From Plasmodiophora brassicae (lineage: Eukaryota), in the NCBI GenBank assembly GCA_036867785.1, contig CP145415.1, positions 496,001 through 560,000 on the forward strand: DNA of 64,000 nucleotides, given 5' to 3'. The position numbers were made by a program, and so were the translations under genes. The notes below the pieces were generated by a model. It made no database searches, was not told where the DNA came from, and saw only the letters and a list, made by a program, of their open reading frames with translations. The stretch's first letter is position 1. The number at the start of each line of letters is the position of its first letter. Shown piece by piece: positions 31,261 through 43,047 of the stretch.

Positions 31261-32579
31261 TTAGATGTACGTCGACCCAGATGATGCGAACGCGGACGTC
31301 CCAGGGGCGCTGCCAAATTCGACCGTGCATGCGCCATCGTCTGCCACGACAACCCGAGACACGATTTTCATCGGGTCGCTGCTGACACGGGACCAGACGG
31401 GCTTGGTGTCGTCGCCAACAGCAAACCATCCGAACCTCTTTGCGAGGCGCACCAGTTCGGGACAGCCGGCGTGGTTCACAGGAACGGTGATCCCTTCGGA
31501 CCAGGTTCGTATAGAGAATGTCCCGCGACCTAGCCTGTGACGTCGCAGCGCTTCCGTGATCCAGCCAATCTGCACTGGCAGGAACGACCCGGCAAACTCG
31601 ACCACGAATGACTGCCCGAGTAGCCTCGCCCTGTCACCTCCAATTTCTTTCGTCGATACCGTAACCTAGACCGTCATATCAGCAACTAACCCGCCCCTCC
31701 TCAACCCTGTCTGGTAGCAGGACCTGATTGAACGTCGGGCAATGACACTGCATGGAGCTGTTCTTGAACGGGTGTAGGGAAACGAGTTTAGGGACATCAC
31801 CTGGTCAAACATTAAAGGACACGCTTGAAGCGCGCTATAGTACGAACACCGATACCTATGTACTTCCGGTTGATGAGAATATCGAACAGCCCATGGATGT
31901 CGGAGCGTCCTCGGATCACAAGGCACGACTGCGGCGTACCATCGCATCGAAAGTCCACATCGGCGTCATCATCTTCGTCGCGCGCGTGCAGTGGCATTGT
32001 GAAATCCACAGCAGCATTACGAAGAGCGGCACGAAATTCAACATTCGACCGTGTCACTATCGCTACGCCCGGGGCCACGAACAGGACAGCGAACCTTGTC
32101 GCACACAGGTAGAAGTGGTCACAGGCGCCTTCGCGGAACAAGTAATACAGTGAGTGGAATGCAATCTCCCATTGGATGCGCCTGGATTCTTGCGACGCTT
32201 CCTTCATTATCATGTCAGACGTCATTGGGGACGACGGATGTACCCACGAGTAGAGCGCCGAATGGAACAGGACATCGTCGTCGCGGCAAGAACGCTGACT
32301 CTGGTCCAGGAAATGCATCAGCGCTCGGGACGCCGCATCGGCGGACGGCGCCGTCACCCATTCCAGCGATTCGCTGGACGTAATGCGGATCTTGGACCGC
32401 ACCGTGAAATCGAGAACGACGGCCTCGACGGGGACGCTGTTCTCATCGGCGGCGACCGGGCGCGCCCCTGGCACATGAACGGACAGCGTCCGCGACAGCG
32501 ACCGCGATATCGGATCCAGTCCGGCACGACGCGCGGACTGGTCCCCGGCCCTGATCGCGCCGAGCGTCCCGCTCAACAT
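31261..32579 (-). CDS. DONSON: DONSON (downstream neighbor of SON) replisome factor; multi-exon
   Basis: LDFTVRSKIRITSSESLEW, FHSALYSWVHPS, WEIAFHSLYYLFREGACDHFYL, IHGLFDILIN, DVPKLVSLHPFKNSS, VEFAGSFLP. Confidence 0.85.
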
Positions 32580-32695
32580 TGCGTCCGGCAGCCCAACCCT
32601 GACCCGGAACCGCCCAAATTGCAAATGACAGAAGACTGCTCTGCAGACTCAACCCGGATCTGCTGTTGGGGCCGTCGCCGGCGACGTCGCCGCCA

Positions 32696-32751
32696 CCCCA
32701 AAAAAGAACAGATCTCCCCCAAAAAGAGCAGACTCCCCAAAAAAGAGCAGA
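32696..32751. repeat. Three ~20-bp tandem units (CCCCAAAAAAGAGCAGA(C/T))
   Basis: Directly visible between the WD40 stop and the DONSON start. Confidence 0.8.
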
Positions 32752-32807
32752 CGCCATGCTGGCCATTGCATCATTCGATCTGGTTGGACCCACACGGGTG
32801 CTGTGTA

Positions 32808-35212
32808 TCAGATGTCGATGATCTGGAGGAACCCGTCTATGGAAGCGCAGAGGATGGTCCGGCTCGTGCTCCAGGCGATCTTCAGGATGCCGTGGTTGTG
32901 GACGCGAAGCTTGCGCAGCAGGCGGCCGGACGCGATGCGGAACACCGATATGCAGTTGTCGAACGTCCCCGTGGCGACCATGGTGTTGTCTGGAGACACC
33001 TCGATGGTGCGTACCCAACCGCTGCTCTTCAGGTCCCGCTCCAGCATTCCGGTCGCCAGGTTCCAGACCTGAGGACACCCCGGTCAGCATTGCCAGGTGC
33101 CTGTGGAAGACGCTGCCAACCTTGATCGTTTGATCTTTCGAGCATGTGATCGCAACATGCGGCGTTGTTAGTGCTGTGACAATGTCGAGAATGAAGTCCC
33201 GATGCGTATGGATCGTGTGCTTGACCTTGGTCGCATTGGCGGTGAGTTGCCAGATGTGCACCTACACATTACGACCGACATCAGGCAGAGCCCGTTTCGC
33301 TGCTGGGTGCATAACGTCTAGTACTTTCTTGTCCAGGCCGCCAGTGATGACGGTGTGCCCATGATTCGCGAACGCAACCGCTTTTACCCAACCTTGGTGG
33401 GCGGTCAGGACGTGGGTGCAACGGCCTGTTCGTGGCTCCCAAATCCGAACCGTGGAGTCCATGCTTGCTGTGGCGAGGCGTTGTCCGTTGGACGTCAGGG
33501 CCCCATGCAGAATTGCGTCTTGATGGCCTTTCAGCACCTGCTCGCACTCGGCAGTCCTAACGTTCCACACCCTGTTCGGTGGCCAGCAGCTGTGAGCCTG
33601 GAGAGGTTCGAAGGCGATGGCACACGCCTCGTTGTTACCTGACGGTTCCGTCGAATGACGCTGAGTAAACATGGGTGTCGTATTCGGAGAACGTAATCCA
33701 GGTTATGCACGAGTCGTGGCCGACGAATTGCCCACGACAGTTGCCGTTGCGGATGTCCCAGATTCGGCACAAGCCGTCACTGCCGCCCGTTACGACAAAG
33801 TCTGGGCATAGATGAGCAACCGCCACCGCCTTAATCCCACCATCATGCGCTGCGATTCGAGCCGGCAGCACCAAGATGTCCAATGACGTCAGCATGTCAT
33901 CTGTCACCGTCGCGATTAGACGCAGAGAAATGGGTCGGCGCGGTCTCTACGCCTACCGAGAAGTGACGCCTTCCGGATAATTTGTCGGGCGTGCTGCCAG
34001 AAGGCACCCTGGGCGATGCCGGAGAACGACAGCGGAAAGAGGTTCTCCTTGACGAATGACGGATCGACCTGGCAGAACATCTGCTCGAACAGCGGGAACC
34101 CGAGCCGCACCAACTGGGACGACATCATCGTGGTCGCTGCCATTGCGCTCGAGTAGACTCTGTGTGCCAGTGTCATTCTAGGTGGAACGCCTGTACCTGT
34201 GATCATCCCTACCTTGGCTGTTCCATGAGCTCCGAGACAGCAAGGGATACCACATGACATTGGGTCGCGAGAACGTACAGATCCAGGATTTGGGACGCGC
34301 CTTTCATGCAAATTTCATACTGTTCCAGCCAGTCCACCATGGAACCTAGGGAGGGCACCAGGGCATCTGCTGCTGCTCCTGCTGCTTCACCCTCAGTCGC
34401 CGCGTCTGCGTTCCCTCCTTCGTTGCTAGGCGGCCCGTTCTTGCTTTCAAAGTCTCGTGGTGGTGGCGCAATGGTCGGTGCTCGCAGCGATACGATCGGG
34501 TCCGTCACCTCCATTCCTTCGGCTAGAACCTGACGTAAAGGTCAGGGGGCAAATCGAGACGCTGAGCGCATTGAGCACCGACTTCCTGCTCGTCGCTGAG
34601 AGCGGGATCGAAGTAAAGCGTAATCGTTTCAGGTGGGCCGTCCGGGTCCTGCAGCAGGTCTTGGATTGCCTTTTCAACCTCCTCCGCGCCTTCCCGTTTG
34701 CGGATATCGACAGACCGAACTTTCCTGTGTGGCACAATGATCAAGGGCGATCGGGCAACCCACTAAAACTGGGCTTACCTGCGCTTTTCGATGAAGGTCT
34801 CCTGCGCTGCGAACGCTGGTTTCAGTTGCCTGGTGATCTGCATGTGGAGTTTGGCGCTGGCTCCCAGAATCTTCCGGCCCAGCTTGGCTTCCTCGCTGAG
34901 CGACAGCTTGAGGACGGCCTGCTGTGCGCCTTGTGCTCCCCGTCGAATGCCTTCCGCGAACGCCTTCAAGTCATCTTCGAGGGCGTCGACCTTCGCTGAC
35001 AACGGGTTGTCGGGCTTGCGCGTCTTCAGCATCGTCTGCCATCGTTTATCGTCGCCGTCCGGGATCCGCCGAAAGAAATGCTGCAGGAAACTCGACCCGG
35101 TCACATCCTCCAGCAATCGCAGCGAGGCCAGCGGCCCGATCAGCGACCGCGGCACGCCCGCATTCTCGGCCGCGCGCTGCCGCCTCAACAAGATTCGACG
35201 ACGCAGCGCCAT
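32808..35212 (-). CDS. WD40-repeat protein with an N-terminal helical/coiled-coil region; multi-exon
   Basis: VVTGGSDGLCRIWD, GHDSCIT..YSASFDGTVRVWN, LKGHQDAI..LATASMDSTVRIWE, ITGGLDKKVHIWQ, ITCSKDQTIKVW, ATGTFDNCISVF. Confidence 0.9.
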
Positions 35213-35749
35213 CGCCCTGATATCTCATCCTCGGACCGACCAGGGTACCGCCCTGCTTTGCGACACGACCGCGCGTGCCCGTTCGAACTGGGCTTTGGCA
35301 GACGAGTCGAGGAATGATCAAACTCGTAAATAGAGGGAGCAGGCAAGCAAACCCGGAGGCGAATCGGGGGAACCATGTATGCCAACAATGTAGGATCGCT
35401 TTCCAGCACTGGTGGATCATCGCGATGAAGAGAGTATCGCTTACGCGCGGACACATATCGAGAAGCACAAGTGCACTCCTGCTGTTCTAGTAAATGCAGA
35501 TCATACCTCTGGCAGCACTTGCCGAGAAAACTTCTTCAACGAAGTTCAGTAGGTCGGCATGAGGGTACACCTGGGCCGTTTTAGCACCACCGCAGCGCCT
35601 GAATTAGAGCAGCGCCACAATCATAACTTGGACCAACTGCGCGAGGCCAACGCGCCGGACGCGTCGTCGTCGTTGCGCGCAGAACTCTGTCTGGGCGGCA
35701 GTACCTATACGTTGGTCGAGGTCCGGCGCGCGCCCATCGGCAACCGACC

Positions 35750-37083
35750 ATGTCGCGCTATCATCTGTGCATCTTGCCACTTGTGATCATGCTCCTCGCA
35801 TCAGCCGTGAGTTCGCAAGTGGGTCTGACGTCGTTTGGCAGCGCGTTAACAGGAATTGCAGGCGCTTGCGATGAGGAACGACACGTCAGAGCCTGGTCGG
35901 ACCCTAGGCAAATGTCGAAAGGAGGACTTCGAGGAACTCGGCGTGATAGGGTGCGGAATGAGCGGCGTTGTGTTCTTGACACGGCATCCTGCAACGCAGA
36001 GGTTGTTCGCAATGAAACGGGTTTGCTGGGTTCGATGCCTCTGCGTTGGCTATGCCTGATATCCACCGGCTTACAGATCCCGAAAGCGCTCATTCAGCAG
36101 AACGGCTCAATATCCGATGAGTTGCGACTGCTGAAGTCGCTGCGAGGCATCCCGCTTGTCGTTCAGTTCTACTGCTCCATGGATGACTCCAACTACCAAT
36201 ATCTGGTTGTGGAATTCTGTCAAGGCGGGGAGCTCTTCGAGGTCTGATCGCTTCTTTCCCAGTGCTGGCAACGGAACGCTGACGTGCCGCAACAGCTGAT
36301 TGTTAGGAAAGGTCGTTTTCCAGAACGGCATGCCAAGTTCTATGCCGCAAGTATTGTCCTCGCACTGGAACAGTTGCACGAGCGAGGGATCGTCTACCGT
36401 GATCTAAAGTCGCAGAATGTTCTCCTGACCGGGACGGGGCACGTCCGCTTGACAGATGTCGGCCTGAGCAAGGAACTCGCGGTGGGTGAGCGTACCAGTT
36501 CGTTGGTTGGTACGCCGGAGTACCTGGCCCCTGAGGTATGTTGGGCGTTGCCGATGCCGTCCATACGTCTCCAATCATGTTTGCTGACCGTTTCGTCACA
36601 GATGTTCAATTGTCCCGACTACGCCCATCCGGTCGACTGGTGGGCGCTTGGCGTTGTCATCTACGAAATGCTGTTCGCGAAGCGTCCCTACGAATTTCAG
36701 GATGGCGACGGTCCCGCTCGCTGGGAGCAAGTCATCAATCGGAGGGTTCACGTCGGTGCGGACGTCTCACTCAGTGCTCAGCGCATCATTCGGGACCTTC
36801 TTCATGCGACACCCGAATTCCGCCTGGGTCGGTATCCCATCAAACGAGCCAATGGCCTCATGTTATTTACGGGCGCGATGCGACAGGCTTTAGAGGAGCA
36901 CACGAAGTCAAGCGCCACGAATGGTTCGCCGATGTTGACTGGGACGCTCTGGCAGAAGGGGAATTACCTCCGCCATTCGTTCCGCCTGTTAGCGATCCCC
37001 TTGATCGGTCATGCTTCGATATCGATTGGGTTCGGCGGAACCTCGACGATGCACACAATGAATCGCTGTTCAAAGATTTCTGA
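35750..37083 (+). CDS. Signal-peptide-bearing AGC-group Ser/Thr kinase, tandem copy 1; multi-exon
   Basis: [87 protein letters not shown]-tail PPPFVP...FKDF*. Confidence 0.92.
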
Positions 37084-38153
37084 CTGCAACTGTTCTGTTT
37101 GCAACTCTCTATGCATAGTACCCGACATTACCGGACCAGTGAAGCATACACCGTTGGGAATGAGCGTGTAGACCCCTGGGAAGGTGTGCCGGGCTGTTGG
37201 AAATGTTTGGCTTTGACACGATGGACTGCAAGATGAGTGTGGACTACAACAGGTCCAGCACTTTAGTTATGATGGTAATTAATGGGACAATGGCTTGCCA
37301 AGATGCAGTAAAGGGAGCGCCGTCGCCCATGGAAAAGGCGATATGAGCGGCTGAGAAAGGAAGGGACGCAGCAGCCATCGTTGTCCAGTGATTAGACCCG
37401 ACGATATGGTAGCTTCGGCGCCGTCGTGGCTTTCGAATGTACTGCCATCGACAAGGTTTTCAGGAAGCGCGATATAATCAGAACGCGTGTCGATAACACG
37501 CGCGGGCCCGCGCCACAGTAGAGACCTCCATTCATTCCATGTTTCGAGACCGTAGGTTCAGCAACAGAATGTAATTAGCATCTGGGGTCTTCTCAGTAGG
37601 CCTGTTTCAGTGAATATGATCCTGCGCGAGTGTGTACATTGCTACACAGTTTACTGTTTCCTACGTGAGCCAGTTTATCTGCGCGTGTTGCAACTTCGTC
37701 GTACACGCGTCAGGGTCGCGTCGGGCACCGTCATCCGCGTATCCGATACCTTGTACGTAATTGTGCTCTGACGACGTGGAGCAATGCTGGGCAAATGGGC
37801 ACCTTCTCGGTAGCCCTGGCGACGTGTCACACCTGGATTCCCGGCATTCATCAATCCCAATCCAGGGGCCCTGGTATTAGCAGTCCTGCCGAGCTGGGTC
37901 TGTCCGACGGTCCGTGGTCTGTCCGTACGTGGCGAGTGGCGACCGCAGGCCATTGCTCCCCGTAGACCAGCGATCCAGAAATAACATCCTGCCACTGTGG
38001 CCGCCAGCGCCGTCGTCCTGGTCGGATCACGCCGGCGGAGTCAGAACTCAGAACCCAAACGCCTTGTCGACGCCGATTGTCGTGGTTAGCGGAGCTCGGT
38101 CTGGACAGTGTTCGACAACCAGGGGCAGACGAGATCGGAGCAGCCGGCCCAGC

Positions 38154-39495
38154 ATGCCGTCCCACCGCCAGTGCATCGTGCTTCGTGCGATCGTGTTCGT
38201 CGCCATTGCTGTGAGTCCAAATCGTTATGACGTCGTTGGGCCCCTTTCTGATCGTCCCCGGCAGTCTCTTGCCAGGAGCCGCCCCGAGCCTGCGTCTGGG
38301 TTCACGCAACCCGTTCAAGATGAATGTCAAAAGGAGGACTTCGAGGAGCTTGGCGTGATCGGGGTCGGGACGACCTGCGTTGTGTTCTTGGCGCGACGCC
38401 ATTCAACGGGGAAGTTGGTCGCAGTGAAACGAGTTTGTTTGGGTCGATGCCCCTGCGTTGCGTTACATCTGAAACCCGCCGGCTTGCAGGTCCCGAAAGC
38501 GACCATTCAGCAGAGCCCGTCGCTACCCCGTGAGTTGCCATTGCTGAAGTCGCTGCGAGGCATCCCTTTTGTCGTTCATTTCCACTGCTCCATCGATGAC
38601 GCCCAATACCTGTATCTGGTCATGGAGTTCTGTCAAGGCGGAGAGCTGTTCGAGGTCTGATCGCTTATTTACCAGTGCTGGCAACGGAAAGGTAATATGT
38701 CGCAACAGGTGATTGCTAACAAAGGCCGTCTAGAAGAACCTGCGGCCAAGTTCTATGCCGCAAGTATTGTCCTAGCACTGGAACAGATGCACGAGCGAGG
38801 GATCATCTACCGGGACCTAAAGCCGCAGAATATTCTCCTGACCGGGACGGGGCACGTCCGCCTGGCAGATGTCGGCCTGAGCAAGGAACTCGCCATGGGT
38901 CAGCGCACCAATTCGTTTGTTGGTACGCCGGAGTATCTGGCCCCTGAGGTATGCGGAGCGTTGCCGATGACGTCTTCGATCATGATTGCTGACGTTTCGT
39001 CACAGATGCTGAGCAATCGTCCCGACTACGCTCATCCGGTGGATTGGTGGGCGCTTGGCGCTGTCATCTACGAAATGCTGTTCGGAAAGCGTGCCTTTGA
39101 ATATCAGGATCAGGACGGTCCCACTCAATGGGAGCAAGTCATCAATCGGGGGGTTCGCATCGGTAAGGACGTACACGTCTCAATTGACGCTCGGCGCATC
39201 GTTCGGGGACTTCTTCACCCGACACCCGGCCTCCGCCTGGGTCAGTATCCCGCCGACGAGCCAGTGGCCTCACGTTATTTACGGGCGCAATGCGACAGGG
39301 TTTAGAGGAGCACACGAAGTCAAGCGCCACGCATGGTTCGCCGATGTCGACTGGGACGCTCTGGCAGACGGGGAATTACCTCCGCCATTCCTGCCGCCCG
39401 TTAGCGATCCCCTTGATCGGTCGTGCTTCGATTTCGGTTGGATTCGGGAGAACCTCGACGACGCCGACAATGAACCATTGTTCAAGGATTTCTGA
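38154..39495 (+). CDS. Signal-peptide-bearing AGC-group Ser/Thr kinase, tandem copy 2; multi-exon
   Basis: [68 protein letters not shown]. Same intron positions as copy 1. Confidence 0.92.
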
Positions 39496-39604
39496 CCGCA
39501 GACCTGTCGTTTCTATACAACCCTCTGCGCATTGTGACACGCCGCGACAGTATCGACCTATGTCGATCGCCTGGATTCCCGGAAGTCGCCTTCGTAGAAC
39601 GCCT

Positions 39605-39842
39605 GGGTTCCCGTAAGCGACCTTCATGGGTCGGCTGGATTCCCGTAAGCGACCTTCATGGGTCGGCTGGATTCCCGTAAGCGACCTTCATGGGTCGGCT
39701 GGGTTCCCCGACGCGGTCGAGCGCCGTCCAGGCGTTCCTGGGAACGGTTCAGTCCTGTTGCGCTGCACCCGTCCCGTCCGTGGCCTGTCCGTCCGGCGTC
39801 CGTGGCCTGTCTGTCCGGCGTCCGTGGCCCGTCTGTCCGTAC
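39605..39842. repeat. Two short tandem arrays upstream of kinase copy 3: ~3x 32-bp (GGGTCGGCTGGATTCCCGTAAGCGACCTTCAT) and ~3x 22-bp (CCGTGGCCTGTC(C/T)GTCCGGCGT)
   Basis: Directly visible at ~39605-39708 and ~39778-39842. Confidence 0.9.
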
Positions 39843-40050
39843 GTGGAGAGTGGAGACCCCCCCGGGGCAATGTTCCCCAGCGGACCCCGGTCCAGAAATA
39901 TACTTCCGGCCACTGTGGCCGCCGTCTTGGTCGGACCAAGCCGGCGGAGTCAGAGCGCAGACCCTTGTCGACGTCGATTGTCGCGGTTGGAGGAGCTCCG
40001 ATTGGACGCCAGTGGCCGTGATCAGCCGAGGTCAGGTCGATCAGCTCAGC

Positions 40051-41434
40051 ATGCCGCCCCGCGGTCAGTACATCGTGCTCCGTGCGATCCTGTTCGCCGC
40101 CCTTGCTGTGAGTCCAAAGCGTGCTGACGTCGTTGGGCCGCTTGCTGATCGTCCCCGGCAGTGTCTTGTCAGGAGCCGCTTCCCGCGCCCTGCGCCTGGG
40201 TCCGCGTCACGTTCGGGCCTAGGCGAATGCCGCAAGGAGGACTTTATGGAAATCGGAGTGATAGGGACCGGAGAGACCGGCGTTGTGTTCTTGGCCCGGC
40301 ACCCTGCCACGCAGGAGGTGTTCGCGGTCAAACGTGTCGGATGGTTCGGATGTTGCTGCTAGTTGATCGTACCTCTAAACCTGCCGCTGCCTGACAGATT
40401 CCAAGGTCGCTGATGCAGCCGTCCAACTCGGTAGCCAATGAGCCGCGGCTGCTGGAGTCGCTACAGGGCGTCCCGTTTGTCGTCAAGCTCTTCTGCACCA
40501 TGTCCGACTCCGACAACGTATACCTGGTCATGGAGTTCTGTCAAGGCGGCGAAATGTTCGAGGTAATTGCCCGGTTAATGTCCCAGCGCTGGGCAACGAA
40601 ACGCTAACACGTCGAGCAGCGGGTTGTTAAATACGATGGGTTGCGGGAACAGGACGCCAAGTACTACGCTGCAAGCATCGTTCTGGCCCTGGAGCAGATG
40701 CACGAGCGAGGCATCGTCTATCGAGACCTGAAGCTGCAGAATGTCCTCCTGACCGCCACCGGGCACATTCGATTGGCGGACGTCGGCCTCGGCAAGGAAG
40801 TCGCTGCCGGTGGGCGAGCGGGCTCGTTTGTTGGTACCGCGGACTACATGGCACCCGAGGTATGCACCTTGAACTGAACGTTTGCCATGCCGTGCCCGCT
40901 CTTCAGTGCCCATGACGCGCGTGACAGATGTTCAACGTACTGAAGGGCAAGGATTACGTCGCTCATCCGGTCGACTGGTGGGCCCTTGGCGTTGTCATTC
41001 ACGAGATGCTGTTGGCAGTTTCCCCGTTCCGGTTTCCAAGTGGCACGTTCCCCCATCACTGGGAGGAAATTATCCTCAACCGGGACATTCCTATGGGCCA
41101 GGTCGACGTCTCAGATGCTGCCGAGCGCATCATCCGGGAACTCCTTCACAAGACACCCGAATCCCGATTAGGTAGATATATATGCCAGCAACGGCCCAAT
41201 GCCAGTGACTTTCCTGACTGCAACGCGGCAGGCTTCAACGGAGCCGACGACGTCAAACGCCACGATTGGTTCGCCGGTATTGACTGGAACGCACTGGCGC
41301 AAGGGAGAGTACCTCCGCCAGCACCGCCCGCCGAGCTCCCACCTCTGGTCGGGCCCACCGATCTATCCCGCTTCGACATGGAATGGGTCGAGGGGAACCT
41401 CAACGCTCCTGGACGCCAGTACACTGAGTTCTAG
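40051..41434 (+). CDS. Signal-peptide-bearing AGC-group Ser/Thr kinase, tandem copy 3; multi-exon
   Basis: MPPRGQYIVLRAILFAALA|CLVRS; GTGETG; AVKR; YRDLKLQN; RLADVGLGKE; SFVGTADYMAPE; VDWWALG; YTEF*. Confidence 0.92.
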
Positions 41435-41739
41435 TCGCCGGCCGGATCGCGTTCGCCAACACACACACAGAGACACACGCACACACATATAGCTTCGATA
41501 ATCGATACATCGAACGTCGGAGGTTTCAGTGTTCGAAATGCAGAGGGCGTCTGGCTGGCCCGGGACTCCGTTGCGACACGCGACGGATCGCAAGTCTGGC
41601 GAACAAAAACGGCACGGCGCCGACGAGTACCTACGACTGACGCTGAGTGAGGGTCGAGTCCGTGTCAATATATTTTTGGGCGTCGGTCAGCCTCTCGGGG
41701 GAAGCCGTCGATTGTCGATCCAGACGACTACTGGCTCCC

Positions 41740-42505
41740 ATGTCGTTCGCGGCGGCCGGCCCGCCCGGGGCCTTCGGTGCACCGGCGTCGATCCCCGAAC
41801 CGGCGTTCACCGAGCGCCTCCTGAAGGAGCTGTCGCGCAAGTTATCACGGTCGGCGGCGCGGCTGCGTGCGGCCGGATGCACCCGTTGCTGACGGCCCGC
41901 CAGGTATCTGGACGCGTCCGTCCCTCACATAGGAGCCCGGTGGGCCGCGTTTGCGGTCTGCTTCGTGCTGATTACGATTCGAATCTTGGCGCTCCAGGGA
42001 TTCTACATTGTCGCGTACGCATATGGTGGGGAGCGTCATGCCGAACGGGTGCAGCGTATTCTGAACGATTGCTCTGCGCGTTGTGCAGGGATCTACCTGC
42101 TTCATCTGTTCATCGGATTTCTGTCGCCGCAGGATGACCCGGACCTGGATCCGTCTGATGAGCCGGCGCTGCCGGTACACGATTCCGACGAGTTCAAACC
42201 GTTCGTGCGGCGCCTGCCCGAGTTCAAGTTCTGGTACTCGGCGTTCAAGGCGTCGCTCCTCTCGCTGACGTGCACGTTCTTCTCAATATGCGACATTGTA
42301 CGATGTGGTGCCTCCGTCGGGTTCCCGGCTGCTAGCTGACAATCTGATCTAGCCGGTGTTCTGGCCGATTCTGCTGATCTACTTCATCGCGCTCGTCGTC
42401 CTGACCATGAAAAGGCAGATCAAGCACATGATTAAGCACAAGTATGTGCCATTCTCGCTGGGCAAGAAGAAATTCGGGAGCCACTCGCGGAGCGGCAGCC
42501 GCTGA
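41740..42505 (+). CDS. RER1: RER1 Golgi-to-ER retrieval receptor; multi-exon
   Basis: [76 protein letters not shown]. Confidence 0.97.
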
Positions 42506-43047
42506 TCTGACGCACGGCCGCTTTTAAATACAATGGTCTAGTCCAACAGCACGCTGGATGGCTCTGTCCCGTTTGCGGCATGAGTCAACCACTGTCCCGA
42601 GTTCCGGTGCCATGTCTCCGGTTCAGCCCGCGTACCGATTCGTTGAAGGGGTGTCGCCTTCCCAGCCGCAACGTGAGTCAACGTCCCCGGTCCCAGTCTC
42701 TGCATTTCACAGCGGCGGGCTGCCGGCCCCATAACGCAGGCGAGCTTGCAAGCCGGCAATGGGATCGTGCCAGTCGAAGCCCACGGTCGGATCGCGGATG
42801 ATGGAACTTCGCGCCGCGCAGCTGAAACCGCCCGCCGAGGCCAGCAACGGTGGCGATCGCGGCGCGCCGCTTCATGATACAGATCGCGCTGTGGAAACGC
42901 TCCCTTCTATCGTTGCATGCCGCTGACGACGACGGGCCGCATGCGGATTTCAATACACGGGCGAACGACGCCTGTCGTGAACGGATATTATCGCAGCGGT
43001 TGTAGTCATTTGTGTGGTAGGGAGACGGACGGTCGTCGACGAGAGCA

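Noticed and set aside
37084-37820. Long intergenic spacer, checked for an RNA gene or transposon; also 3530-3980, 22500-23300 and 52450-53200
   Set aside because: No recognisable tRNA, snRNA, repeat or protein motif by eye. A covariance-model search would be needed to exclude ncRNAs.
41459-41490. (CA)n-like tract
   Set aside because: A short imperfect microsatellite in a 3' flank with no further structure.
41970-42000. GATTCGAATC, resembling a tRNA T-loop
   Set aside because: It lies inside the RER1 coding exon and no cloverleaf can be formed.
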